A stretch of DNA of 64,000 nucleotides from an uncultured Actinomycetes bacterium (GCA_963847665.1 CAWKAO010000003.1:638309-702308), one strand, 5' to 3'; shown: positions 18,973 through 26,938, counted from the stretch's first letter. Notes: generated by a model from the sequence alone, not told the origin. Numbers and translations are program-made.

Positions 18973-20841
18973 TCAGACCTCTTCTTCAAGTTCCTCAGCT
19001 AGCTGCTGTCTGTAGTACAGTTTTTGATAAATACCGCATTTTTTCATAAGGTCATCATGTGAACCTATCTCATTTATTTTTCCCTCTTCCATAACTATTA
19101 TCCTGTCAGAATCTTTTATGGTCGAGATCCTGTGTGAGATTATAATGGTTGTGAGTTGCTCAGTCTTTTTACGGAGATCATTTAGTATAAGTTCTTCAGT
19201 GTTTGTATCGACATTTGAAAAAGAGTCATCAAGTATCAATATTTTTGGTTCCGTTATCAGTGCCCTTGCTATTGCCAGCCGTTGCTTCTGTCCTCCTGAG
19301 AGTGTTATCCCTCTTTCTCCAACGACAGTTTCATATCCTTTTGGAAAGTCCTTAACGTCCTCATCCAGATGGGCAATTCTTGAAGCTTCCATAATAAGCG
19401 CTTCCAGTCCATCATCAGAAAGGCTTGAAAGAAACTCTTCTTTACCAAAGATGATGTTTTCCCGTATTGTCTTTGAGAAGATAAAAGGATCCTGGGTCAC
19501 GTATCCGATTTTTTTGCGGATAAGATCAAGAGGAAGTTTTCTTATATCATGCCCATCTACCAGTATAACACCCTTCTGGGGGTCATAGAACCTGGGCAGA
19601 AGATTTACCACAGTTGATTTTCCTGAACCAGTAAAACCCACAATACCAAGTTGTGTACCTGCCTCTATCTCAAAACTTATATCTCCAAGGACCCAGTTTT
19701 TATTTTTATTGTCATTTCCAGAGATGCCTCTGGCTGACTTTTTTCCGGCATCATCTTTTAAAGAATTTCCTTTTCCAAGAGACTCAAAATCAGGATGTTT
19801 TGGGTATTTAAAAAATACTTTTTTAAATGAGATACTACCGATGATATCATGGACCTTTACAGGATTTTTGGGCTCATCAATATCAGGGGTGATGTCGAAG
19901 ACTTTGTTAAGCCTGCCCATTGATACCTCACCCCTCTGGATAAGGTTAATCACCCAGCCAAGTGATATAAGGGGCCAGGTTATTGCGATTATATATGCAC
20001 TGAACTGTACAAACTGCCCAAGAGTCAATGTCCCTGATATGACCTGTCTTCCCCCCAACAGCAACACTACAAGAGCGCCGATCCCACCTATAAGGATCAT
20101 CAACGGCCAGAAAATGCTTCTTACCCGAGCAAGTGCCATATTCTTATTGATATAATCCTGGTTTAATCCGGAAAATACCTCTATCTCATTATTTTCCTGG
20201 GTAAAGGATTTAACGACTTTAATTCCCGCTATGCTTTCCTGGGTCCTTGCAGAAAGTGAGGCATATTGCTCCTGTGATAATTTAAACCTGCTGTAAAGCA
20301 TCGAACTCAATCTTGCAACAATGACAGGGAGGACCGGGATTGCAATAAGGGCAAAAAGCGTGAGCCTTACATTTATGAAAAACATAACTGTAAGGGTCGA
20401 TAAAAATACAAAAATAGTATTAAAAAAATTCATAAGACCTGGCCCGAGGAAGTTTCTTACAGCATCCATATCATTTGTCATCAGGGCCATGATGCTTCCT
20501 GTTCTATTGGACTCAAAAAAAGAAGAGTCAAGCCGCTGCAGGTGGGCAAAAAAATCGGACCTTATGCTGTATTCGATCTTTCTTGATACACCTATGATAA
20601 GCCGGCGCATATAAAACCTGAACACACCTTCTAAAGCAGAGATGCCAATAAGGATCAGGCTATATTTTATTAGCTGTGGCTGGGAATCCGGATAGTTCTT
20701 TAAGCTGTCTATAACTATTTTTAAAAGCCATGGGATTGCTAATGCAGCGACATTTGTTGCAATGATATATATTATACTTCCTGCAATCGCAAGCCTGTGC
20801 TTTCTAAAATATTTTAAAAGAGTCCTCAGCTGTTTTATCAT
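18973..20841 (-). CDS. ABC exporter permease/ATPase, heterodimer subunit with degenerate catalytic site
   Basis: Walker A GFTGSGKST, canonical signature LSGGQKQR, Walker B ILILDD followed by S (catalytic Glu replaced by Asp). Hydrophilic insertion of about 35 aa before Walker A. Confidence 0.9.
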   Translation of the reverse strand: MIKQLRTLLKYFRKHRLAIAGSIIYIIATNVAALAIPWLLKIVIDSLKNYPDSQPQLIKYSLILIGISALEGVFRFYMRRLIIGVSRKIEYSIRSDFFAHLQRLDSSFFESNRTGSIMALMTNDMDAVRNFLGPGLMNFFNTIFVFLSTLTVMFFINVRLTLFALIAIPVLPVIVARLSSMLYSRFKLSQEQYASLSARTQESIAGIKVVKSFTQENNEIEVFSGLNQDYINKNMALARVRSIFWPLMILIGGIGALVVLLLGGRQVISGTLTLGQFVQFSAYIIAITWPLISLGWVINLIQRGEVSMGRLNKVFDITPDIDEPKNPVKVHDIIGSISFKKVFFKYPKHPDFESLGKGNSLKDDAGKKSARGISGNDNKNKNWVLGDISFEIEAGTQLGIVGFTGSGKSTVVNLLPRFYDPQKGVILVDGHDIRKLPLDLIRKKIGYVTQDPFIFSKTIRENIIFGKEEFLSSLSDDGLEALIMEASRIAHLDEDVKDFPKGYETVVGERGITLSGGQKQRLAIARALITEPKILILDDSFSNVDTNTEELILNDLRKKTEQLTTIIISHRISTIKDSDRIIVMEEGKINEIGSHDDLMKKCGIYQKLYYRQQLAEELEEEV

Positions 20842-21148
20842 ATATCTTCCATCTCAGGGATTACCGGATCTGGTATTTTGTTATTATAATGGATTTGGAT
20901 TATTTTGCATTTGTTTAATACAACCTAAACAAAACACCTATCTTTTTTCGTTTTAATCAATATAAGTAAGTTGTTTTTTATAAGGATAATAAAGGGCTAA
21001 AAATAAATTTGCATAAATTTATTTTATAACTACACTAGTAACGATTATTATTAACAGGTTAAAAGAAATACGGGTATAAATTATTTTTTGTATTCAGGAG
21101 CCAGTATTTTTTTTTGTAAAGATTTAGACATAGAACAGTGTAGTTTAA

Positions 21149-21724
21149 ATGGATAATATTTATAAATATTTAGTCAATTATAAAAGAAGTGGTGAAAAAA
21201 AATGGTTTGATAAGATCTATTATCATTTCTTACCCAAAATCTATAACTATTTTTATTTTAATACATTTGACACCCATATTTCAGAAGATCTTGCAAGTGA
21301 AGTTTTTTTTAAAATATATAAGAACATAAAAGACACAAAATTAAATAGCAGGACTTTAAATTCATGGATCTATAAAATAGCAAAAAATCATCTGATAGAT
21401 TACTTTAGGAAGAAAAAAATTTATACAGACAACATTTTATTGACTGACAATTATGATGATATTAATGATGACAAATTAATTGATACTGATTTTTTTATAA
21501 AAAATAGTATTTTATTAAGAAAAGAATTTAGTTTTGAAAACCAGAAACTTATAAAAGCTATGGACCGGCTGACTTTGCTTCAAAAGAATATAATAATATT
21601 AATATTTATTATGGACCTGGACTATAAGACGATTGCAGATATCCTGATGAAAAAGGAGTCTACGGTCAGGGGTATATTGTTTAGAGCATTAAATATATTA
21701 AAGAGTGAAATCGATTATGACTGA
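21149..21724 (+). CDS. ECF-type RNA polymerase sigma-70 family factor
   Basis: 191 aa. Region 2 (IYKIAKNHLIDYFRKKK) and region 4 HTH (DYKTIADILMKKESTVRGILFRALNILK). Very AT-rich gene. Confidence 0.75.
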   Translation: MDNIYKYLVNYKRSGEKKWFDKIYYHFLPKIYNYFYFNTFDTHISEDLASEVFFKIYKNIKDTKLNSRTLNSWIYKIAKNHLIDYFRKKKIYTDNILLTDNYDDINDDKLIDTDFFIKNSILLRKEFSFENQKLIKAMDRLTLLQKNIIILIFIMDLDYKTIADILMKKESTVRGILFRALNILKSEIDYD

Positions 21725-22595
21725 AAAAGAACTGACTGACAGACAAATAGAAAAGATCTTATATAACTGTATCAACCTAATGAGAAAAGGTTACGATCTT
21801 CAGTACTGTATGGACAAATTTAGTAAGTATAAAGATATTCTATCTGAATACTTTTTAATAATGAATAGTTTTAAGATGTTAGATAAAAAGGCTATAGATC
21901 ATGTAATGGAGAAAAGGATCTTAAATAGTATATATTCAGATGAAGTTTCCCCAAATGACCATGATGAACAGGTTGCAGTACAGATCCCAGATCAAAGAAG
22001 AAAGGTTTTTTTTCGGATATTAAAACCTGCAATAATATTTTTATTTGTATTTGCCTTACTTAATTTTTCATTTATTGGTTTTAGTTATGCATCCCAAGAC
22101 AGTATTCCAGGCGATACCTTATATTCAACAAAGAGGAATATAGAGCAATTGAAATTGGTAATTTATCCCAAATCTTCGAAAAGCATAATTCATTTTCAGA
22201 TTTTAAATAGTAGGATATATGAAGCCGAAAAATTATTTAATTCCAATAAAGCCCAAAAAACTGTTACAGATGTCCTCATCAGAGAAGCAGAAGAGGAGTT
22301 TGACCAATGCAAGAAATATGAGTATTTTGATGGTGCATCTGAAGAAGAATTTGAAGAAGCTATTCTGGATATAAAAGAAAGATCAGAAAAAGAATTCAAT
22401 GAAGAGGCAGAAGAAAAATATGAAAATAATGATAATATAAAAGAAGATTCGAGTAAATCAGAAAAAGATTCAAATGAGTCAGAAGACCAGGAAAGTATTG
22501 AAGAGGAATCAAATGATACTTTAGATGAGGATAATAGCCCGGAAAAAGCTGAAGAAAAAGAAGATGAACATTCTGAAGAATCCGATCATGATTAA
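21705..22595 (+). CDS. putative anti-sigma factor (single TM, DUF5667-like extracytoplasmic domain, poly-acidic tail)
   Basis: Likely start is ATG 21717, overlapping the sigma stop (ATGACTGA). One TM helix (ILKPAIIFLFVFALLNFSFIGF), then PGDTLYSTKRNIEQLK typical of DUF5667. The last 85 or so aa are E/D/S-rich. Confidence 0.5.
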   Translation: MKSIMTEKELTDRQIEKILYNCINLMRKGYDLQYCMDKFSKYKDILSEYFLIMNSFKMLDKKAIDHVMEKRILNSIYSDEVSPNDHDEQVAVQIPDQRRKVFFRILKPAIIFLFVFALLNFSFIGFSYASQDSIPGDTLYSTKRNIEQLKLVIYPKSSKSIIHFQILNSRIYEAEKLFNSNKAQKTVTDVLIREAEEEFDQCKKYEYFDGASEEEFEEAILDIKERSEKEFNEEAEEKYENNDNIKEDSSKSEKDSNESEDQESIEEESNDTLDEDNSPEKAEEKEDEHSEESDHD

Positions 22596-22795
22596 AAAGA
22601 TAAAATAATTTTTTTAAGAAGCTAAACAAAAACCGCACTCTCTTTCGTTTATATACATAATAGTAATATAATCGAAATAATGATTAACTTTATTTTTAAC
22701 TAAATAATTAATAATATAATTATTTTTTTATTTAAAATTATATTCATTATTATTTCAATAATTAATTTTCAGTTAATTTATTAAAGGAGAGAATA

Positions 22796-23857
22796 TTGAA
22801 AACAAAGATCCATTTTAAAAAGATATTGGTATCCTTTTTTGTGGTATTGGGCTTTATTTTTTATGGAGTCTATCAGAGGATAGATTCCAGCTTCCAAAAT
22901 TTGGCAGGAAATTCTCCAGGAAACTCAACAGTTGCTGAATCTATACTTGAACCAGAAAGTAATACTGCAAAAAAACAGCTGAAAGCTGAAGAAATTGAGA
23001 TAAGTACAGCTGGTGAAACTGCAAATGCGCCAAAGAGTAAATTTAAAGATGGACAATATACTGGAAGCATAGAAGATGCTTATTATGGACTGGTCCAGGT
23101 CAAAGGGATTATCCGGAACGGTAAGCTCACTGACGTCCAGTTCCTGAATTATCCAGACGAAAGGAGCTATTCAGTCGAGATAAACAAATTTGCTATGCCC
23201 ATATTGACATCTGAAGCAGTTGAAACACAGAGTGCCCAGGTTGATATCGTTTCTGGAGCCACTAATACAAGCAGAGCTTTTATTGCTTCTCTGTCAACTG
23301 CTCTTAACCTGGCAGCAGTAGATAAAGATATGAATCCAGTAATCCAGGTACAGGTGCCAAAGGTAGACGCAGTTTCCAGTGCCACAAATGTTGCAAGTAG
23401 CTCCACAGGAGTGATCTCAGCAAGTCTTAGCCAGAGTGTCTGGACTGATGCAGTTTCCGGTGCCACAAATGTTGCAAGTACTTCATTGGGTGCACTTTCA
23501 GTAAGCTTGGGTCAGATTTTTGGGACAGATGCAGTTACTGGAGCGACAAACGTCTTAGATACTTCTACGGTTTTAACATCATCAGATCAAAATCAGAATA
23601 GCCAGATAGATATAATTTCTGGAGCAACGAATATTGCAGATGCTTCTGTAAATCCAGCGTCAATAGTTCAGGAACAGACTTCACAGGTCGATGTGGTCTC
23701 AGGAGCTACTAATACAGGTAGCGGTTCAACTACAGTCACAAGTTCCGATCAGTCTGACAGCGAACACGATTCTGATGATGAACACGATTCTGATGATGAA
23801 CACGATTCTGATGATGAACACGATTCTGATGATGAACACGATTCTGATGATGATTAA
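22796..23857 (+). CDS. membrane-anchored FMN-binding protein with six ApbE flavinylation motifs and an (EHDSDD)x5 tail
   Basis: TTG start 5 nt after AAAGGAGAG. K-rich N-terminus plus one TM helix. One full FMN_bind-like domain (aa 84-170 approx) ends in DIVSGAT. It is followed by DAVSSAT, DAVSGAT, DAVTGAT, DIISGAT and DVVSGAT. Confidence 0.75.
   Translation: MKTKIHFKKILVSFFVVLGFIFYGVYQRIDSSFQNLAGNSPGNSTVAESILEPESNTAKKQLKAEEIEISTAGETANAPKSKFKDGQYTGSIEDAYYGLVQVKGIIRNGKLTDVQFLNYPDERSYSVEINKFAMPILTSEAVETQSAQVDIVSGATNTSRAFIASLSTALNLAAVDKDMNPVIQVQVPKVDAVSSATNVASSSTGVISASLSQSVWTDAVSGATNVASTSLGALSVSLGQIFGTDAVTGATNVLDTSTVLTSSDQNQNSQIDIISGATNIADASVNPASIVQEQTSQVDVVSGATNTGSGSTTVTSSDQSDSEHDSDDEHDSDDEHDSDDEHDSDDEHDSDDD
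23366..23770 (+). repeat. five tandem 81-nt (27-aa) coding repeats, each starting with D-x-[IV]-[ST]-[GS]-A-T-N
   Basis: The motif Asp codons sit at 23366, 23447, 23528, 23609 and 23690, exactly 81 nt apart. The first 34 nt or so of units 1 and 2 are nearly identical. Confidence 0.85.
23762..23851 (+). repeat. perfect 18-nt x5 tandem repeat GAACACGATTCTGATGAT encoding (EHDSDD)5
   Basis: Five identical copies read directly from the sequence, in frame, ending 6 nt before the stop codon. Confidence 0.95.
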
Positions 23858-23893
23858 TTAAAATTAATTCGGAGAACATTAATAAATATATCT

Positions 23894-24691
23894 TTGAGCT
23901 ATAGATTGACAATTACGCCTGTGAAACAAACAAGAGATCAAATGGGAATGACTATAACGGTAGAGATAGTAGATGGATTTGCTTCCCAAGCAGACATAAA
24001 CGATATCTATTCATATTTTCGTAGTGTCGAAAAGAGATTTAGCGTATTTAATACCAACAGTGAGATTTCTAGAATAAACAGGGGTGAAATTAAAAAGGAA
24101 GATTTTAGCAAGGATATGATCTCTGTCTTTGAACTTGCAGAAAAGACAAAAAACCAAACAGGCGGATATTTTGACATAATTACAAAGGACAAAAAATATA
24201 ATCCTTCCGGGATAGTCAAAGGTTGGGCTATTTATAATGCCTCAAAGATATTGCTGAGCCAGGGATATAAAAACTTCTATATAGATGCTGGCGGAGACAT
24301 ACAGGCTCATGGAAAAAATAAATATGGATTTGACTGGAAGATTGGGATAAAAAATCCCTTTTCTCAGACACAAATAGTGAAAGTGATCGGTCTTAAAAAT
24401 ATGGGTATAGCGACCTCCGGCACATATATCAGGGGCCAGCATATCTATGATCCCTTTAATAGAAGCAAAGTTTTAACAGAGATCATCAGCTTAAGCGTTA
24501 TAGGCCCGGATGTCCTCGAAGCAGACAGATTTGCGACAGCAGCTTTTGCAATGGGAAAACAGGGAATCGACTTTATTGAAAATGTTGAATTTCTGGAAGC
24601 ATATATGATAGATAAAGACGGATTTGAAGTGAAAACTTCTGGTTTTGAAAAATATTATATTTCTAAATCTGATCAGTTTAAAAATGTTTAG
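23894..24691 (+). CDS. apbE: FAD:protein FMN transferase (ApbE family), no signal peptide
   Basis: MGMTITVEI, PSGIVKGWA, IDAGGDI, IATSGTYIRGQHIYDP and EADRFATAAF match conserved ApbE blocks. The hydrophilic N-terminus starts (TTG) only 12 codons after the in-frame TAA of the upstream gene. Confidence 0.8.
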   Translation: MSYRLTITPVKQTRDQMGMTITVEIVDGFASQADINDIYSYFRSVEKRFSVFNTNSEISRINRGEIKKEDFSKDMISVFELAEKTKNQTGGYFDIITKDKKYNPSGIVKGWAIYNASKILLSQGYKNFYIDAGGDIQAHGKNKYGFDWKIGIKNPFSQTQIVKVIGLKNMGIATSGTYIRGQHIYDPFNRSKVLTEIISLSVIGPDVLEADRFATAAFAMGKQGIDFIENVEFLEAYMIDKDGFEVKTSGFEKYYISKSDQFKNV

Positions 24692-26210
24692 AAAGATAGA
24701 CAATATATTAAATAAAATAACTATGTACCAGACGGTACTATACTGCCTGTTGGTAATTCTTTTTTCAGCGTTTGTGTTGAGTTTTTTTGGACTTATGCCT
24801 TTTAAATCTTTTGATTTGATCTCATCTTCAGTATTTATTTTAGCTGTATGTATCCTTTCCAATGCTGTATTTGCATGGGCATTTGAAGCTCCGACTAATA
24901 TTGAATCCGTTTATATAACAGCTCTGATCCTGACTCTTATCATCAACCCTACGGATCCTATGAAAAACCTTATATTTCTATTCTGGATCTCAGTTTTAGC
25001 TATGGCTTCAAAATATATTTTTGCTACGGGAAAAAAACACCTATTCAATCCTGTCGCAATTTCGGTAGTACTAGTAAGTGTGGTTGCAGGCAAAGCTGCC
25101 AGTTGGTGGATAGCAGGCCCATATATGTTGCCTTTTGTATTTTTATTCGGCCTTCTTGTGGTGAGGAAAATAAAACGTTTTGACATGGTTGCTAGTTTTT
25201 TAATAACAGCACTTATTACAGTTACTGTTTTTAATTTTATACATAATCAGAATATTTTCTCAGGGTTGCAAAAAACATTTCTATATTCACCTCTTTTATT
25301 TTTTGCGTTTATAATGCTGACCGAACCGATGACTATACCTCCTTCTAAGATTATGCGGATACTATATGGCATGATAGTCGGTTTTTTATTTGCACCACAG
25401 GTACACATAGGTTCTGTTTATTTTACTCCCGAGATGGCACTGGTTCTGGGAAATATATTTTCCTATCTTATAAGTCCAGATAAAAAACTGATACTGACTC
25501 TCGATAGAATAGTAAAATTGACTCCAGATATATATGATTATGAATTTATATCTGACCAGAAAATCGAATTTGTACCTGGGCAATATATGGAATGGACTCT
25601 GGAACATCCTAGCCAGGATAGCAGGGGGATAAGACGATATTTCACAGTAGCTTCTTCCCCAACAGAGGAAAAAATACATCTTGGAGTAAAATTTTATAAT
25701 AACTCCAGCAGTTTTAAAAAAAACCTGTTAAAAATGAAAGAAAAAGAAACAATAGTGGCGTCTCAATTATCAGGCGATTTTACTCTTCCTAAAAATATAA
25801 ATAAAAAACTGGTCTTTATCGCTGGTGGTATTGGTATAACTCCATTCAGGAGCATGATAAAGTACATGTTAGACAATAATGAAAGAAGGCCTGTTGTCCT
25901 ATTTTATTCAAACTGGAAATATGATGATATTGCATATAAAGATATTTTTGATAAAGCAAATCAACGACTAGGAATCAAAGTAGTGTATTCAATAGTGGAC
26001 GATACGCCACTGGATACTAAAGAGGGTTGTTTTTATTGTGGTTTTCTAAAAAGTAAAAATATTATAGAAGAGGTCCCGGACTACAAAGAAAGGATTTTCT
26101 ATATTTCCGGTCCACCTTCAATGGTCACATCTTTCGTAAATACCCTTAGAAAGATCGGGGTCAAAAAGACACATATTAAAACAGATTATTTCCCGGGTTT
26201 TGCATCTTAA
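24684..26210 (+). CDS. RnfD/NqrB-like polytopic membrane domain fused to FNR-type FAD/NAD(P)H oxidoreductase domain
   Basis: Preferred start is ATG 24684 (overlaps the ApbE stop, ATGTTTAG); the ORF track start is 24645. HLFNPVA and MLTEPMT resemble RnfD/NqrB motifs. The C-terminal RRYFTVAS (RxY[ST] FAD motif) and FIAGGIGITPF (NAD(P)H motif) are FNR-like. Confidence 0.7.
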   Translation: MFRKIDNILNKITMYQTVLYCLLVILFSAFVLSFFGLMPFKSFDLISSSVFILAVCILSNAVFAWAFEAPTNIESVYITALILTLIINPTDPMKNLIFLFWISVLAMASKYIFATGKKHLFNPVAISVVLVSVVAGKAASWWIAGPYMLPFVFLFGLLVVRKIKRFDMVASFLITALITVTVFNFIHNQNIFSGLQKTFLYSPLLFFAFIMLTEPMTIPPSKIMRILYGMIVGFLFAPQVHIGSVYFTPEMALVLGNIFSYLISPDKKLILTLDRIVKLTPDIYDYEFISDQKIEFVPGQYMEWTLEHPSQDSRGIRRYFTVASSPTEEKIHLGVKFYNNSSSFKKNLLKMKEKETIVASQLSGDFTLPKNINKKLVFIAGGIGITPFRSMIKYMLDNNERRPVVLFYSNWKYDDIAYKDIFDKANQRLGIKVVYSIVDDTPLDTKEGCFYCGFLKSKNIIEEVPDYKERIFYISGPPSMVTSFVNTLRKIGVKKTHIKTDYFPGFAS

Positions 26211-26386
26211 ATCTTTTATACCTGTTTATATAGATCATCTATTCCACAGGCCAGGTTGCCTTTTTTTGAAAAAAGAGTATTATTCTCAAAGTTATTTTAC
26301 AGGTTTTTTATTCAAAACCACCAAAGCTAAAATCAGAAAACCTGTAAATTATTCCGGTTTAAAATTATTAGAAAGCTGCTAAAGCG

Positions 26387-26938
26387 ATGTTTGAATTTAA
26401 TACAGAAATATTGTTCTGGTCCGCTATAGTTTTTGTCGCGATGATGGCCCATGTCCTTACAGGCACTGTGAGGCTTATCATGATGGTAAAGGGAAGGAAA
26501 GCACTTGCTGTAATAGTAGGATTTTTTGAAGCTGCAATCGGTATTACCAATATCATACTTGTCATCTCGAATGCTGTAAGATCGGGAATAAATATTTTTA
26601 TAATCCTTTTTTATGCTATTGGATTTGCTGCGGGCCTGACTCTTGGGATGCTAATCTCCCAGAAGATCTCAAAAGATATTTTGAGTATAAATATAGTGAC
26701 AAAAAACCAGGATACTTCCCTGGCAGATCTTCTCCGGTCCAGGGGATTTGGCGTGACCTGTTATGAGGGCAGTGGAAGAGAAGGTAACCTGAAAGTCTTG
26801 AATGTCGTATGCCAGAAGACTAAACTACTCAGGTTAAAAAAGCTTGTCACATCTGTCGATGAAAAAGCCATGCTCACAATACACACCCTTGAGGGCTTGA
26901 GTGGCGGCTTTATCTTTGATATAAAAAACAGGATATGA
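26387..26938 (+). CDS. UPF0316/DUF2179 family membrane protein
   Basis: 183 aa with three N-terminal TM helices and a C-terminal soluble domain (RGFGVTCYEGSGREG...LEGLSGGF), as in the UPF0316 family. Confidence 0.65.
   Translation: MFEFNTEILFWSAIVFVAMMAHVLTGTVRLIMMVKGRKALAVIVGFFEAAIGITNIILVISNAVRSGINIFIILFYAIGFAAGLTLGMLISQKISKDILSINIVTKNQDTSLADLLRSRGFGVTCYEGSGREGNLKVLNVVCQKTKLLRLKKLVTSVDEKAMLTIHTLEGLSGGFIFDIKNRI

Noticed and set aside
23762-23851. Whether the perfect tandem repeats could be a CRISPR array or minisatellite outside genes.
   Set aside because: The repeats are contiguous with no spacers, in frame, and inside a CDS. No cas genes are present in the window.
26248-26267. Possible terminator after the RnfD-FNR gene (AGGC-loop-GCCT followed by T7).
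   Set aside because: The stem is only 4 bp, too weak to annotate, although the T-run is suggestive.
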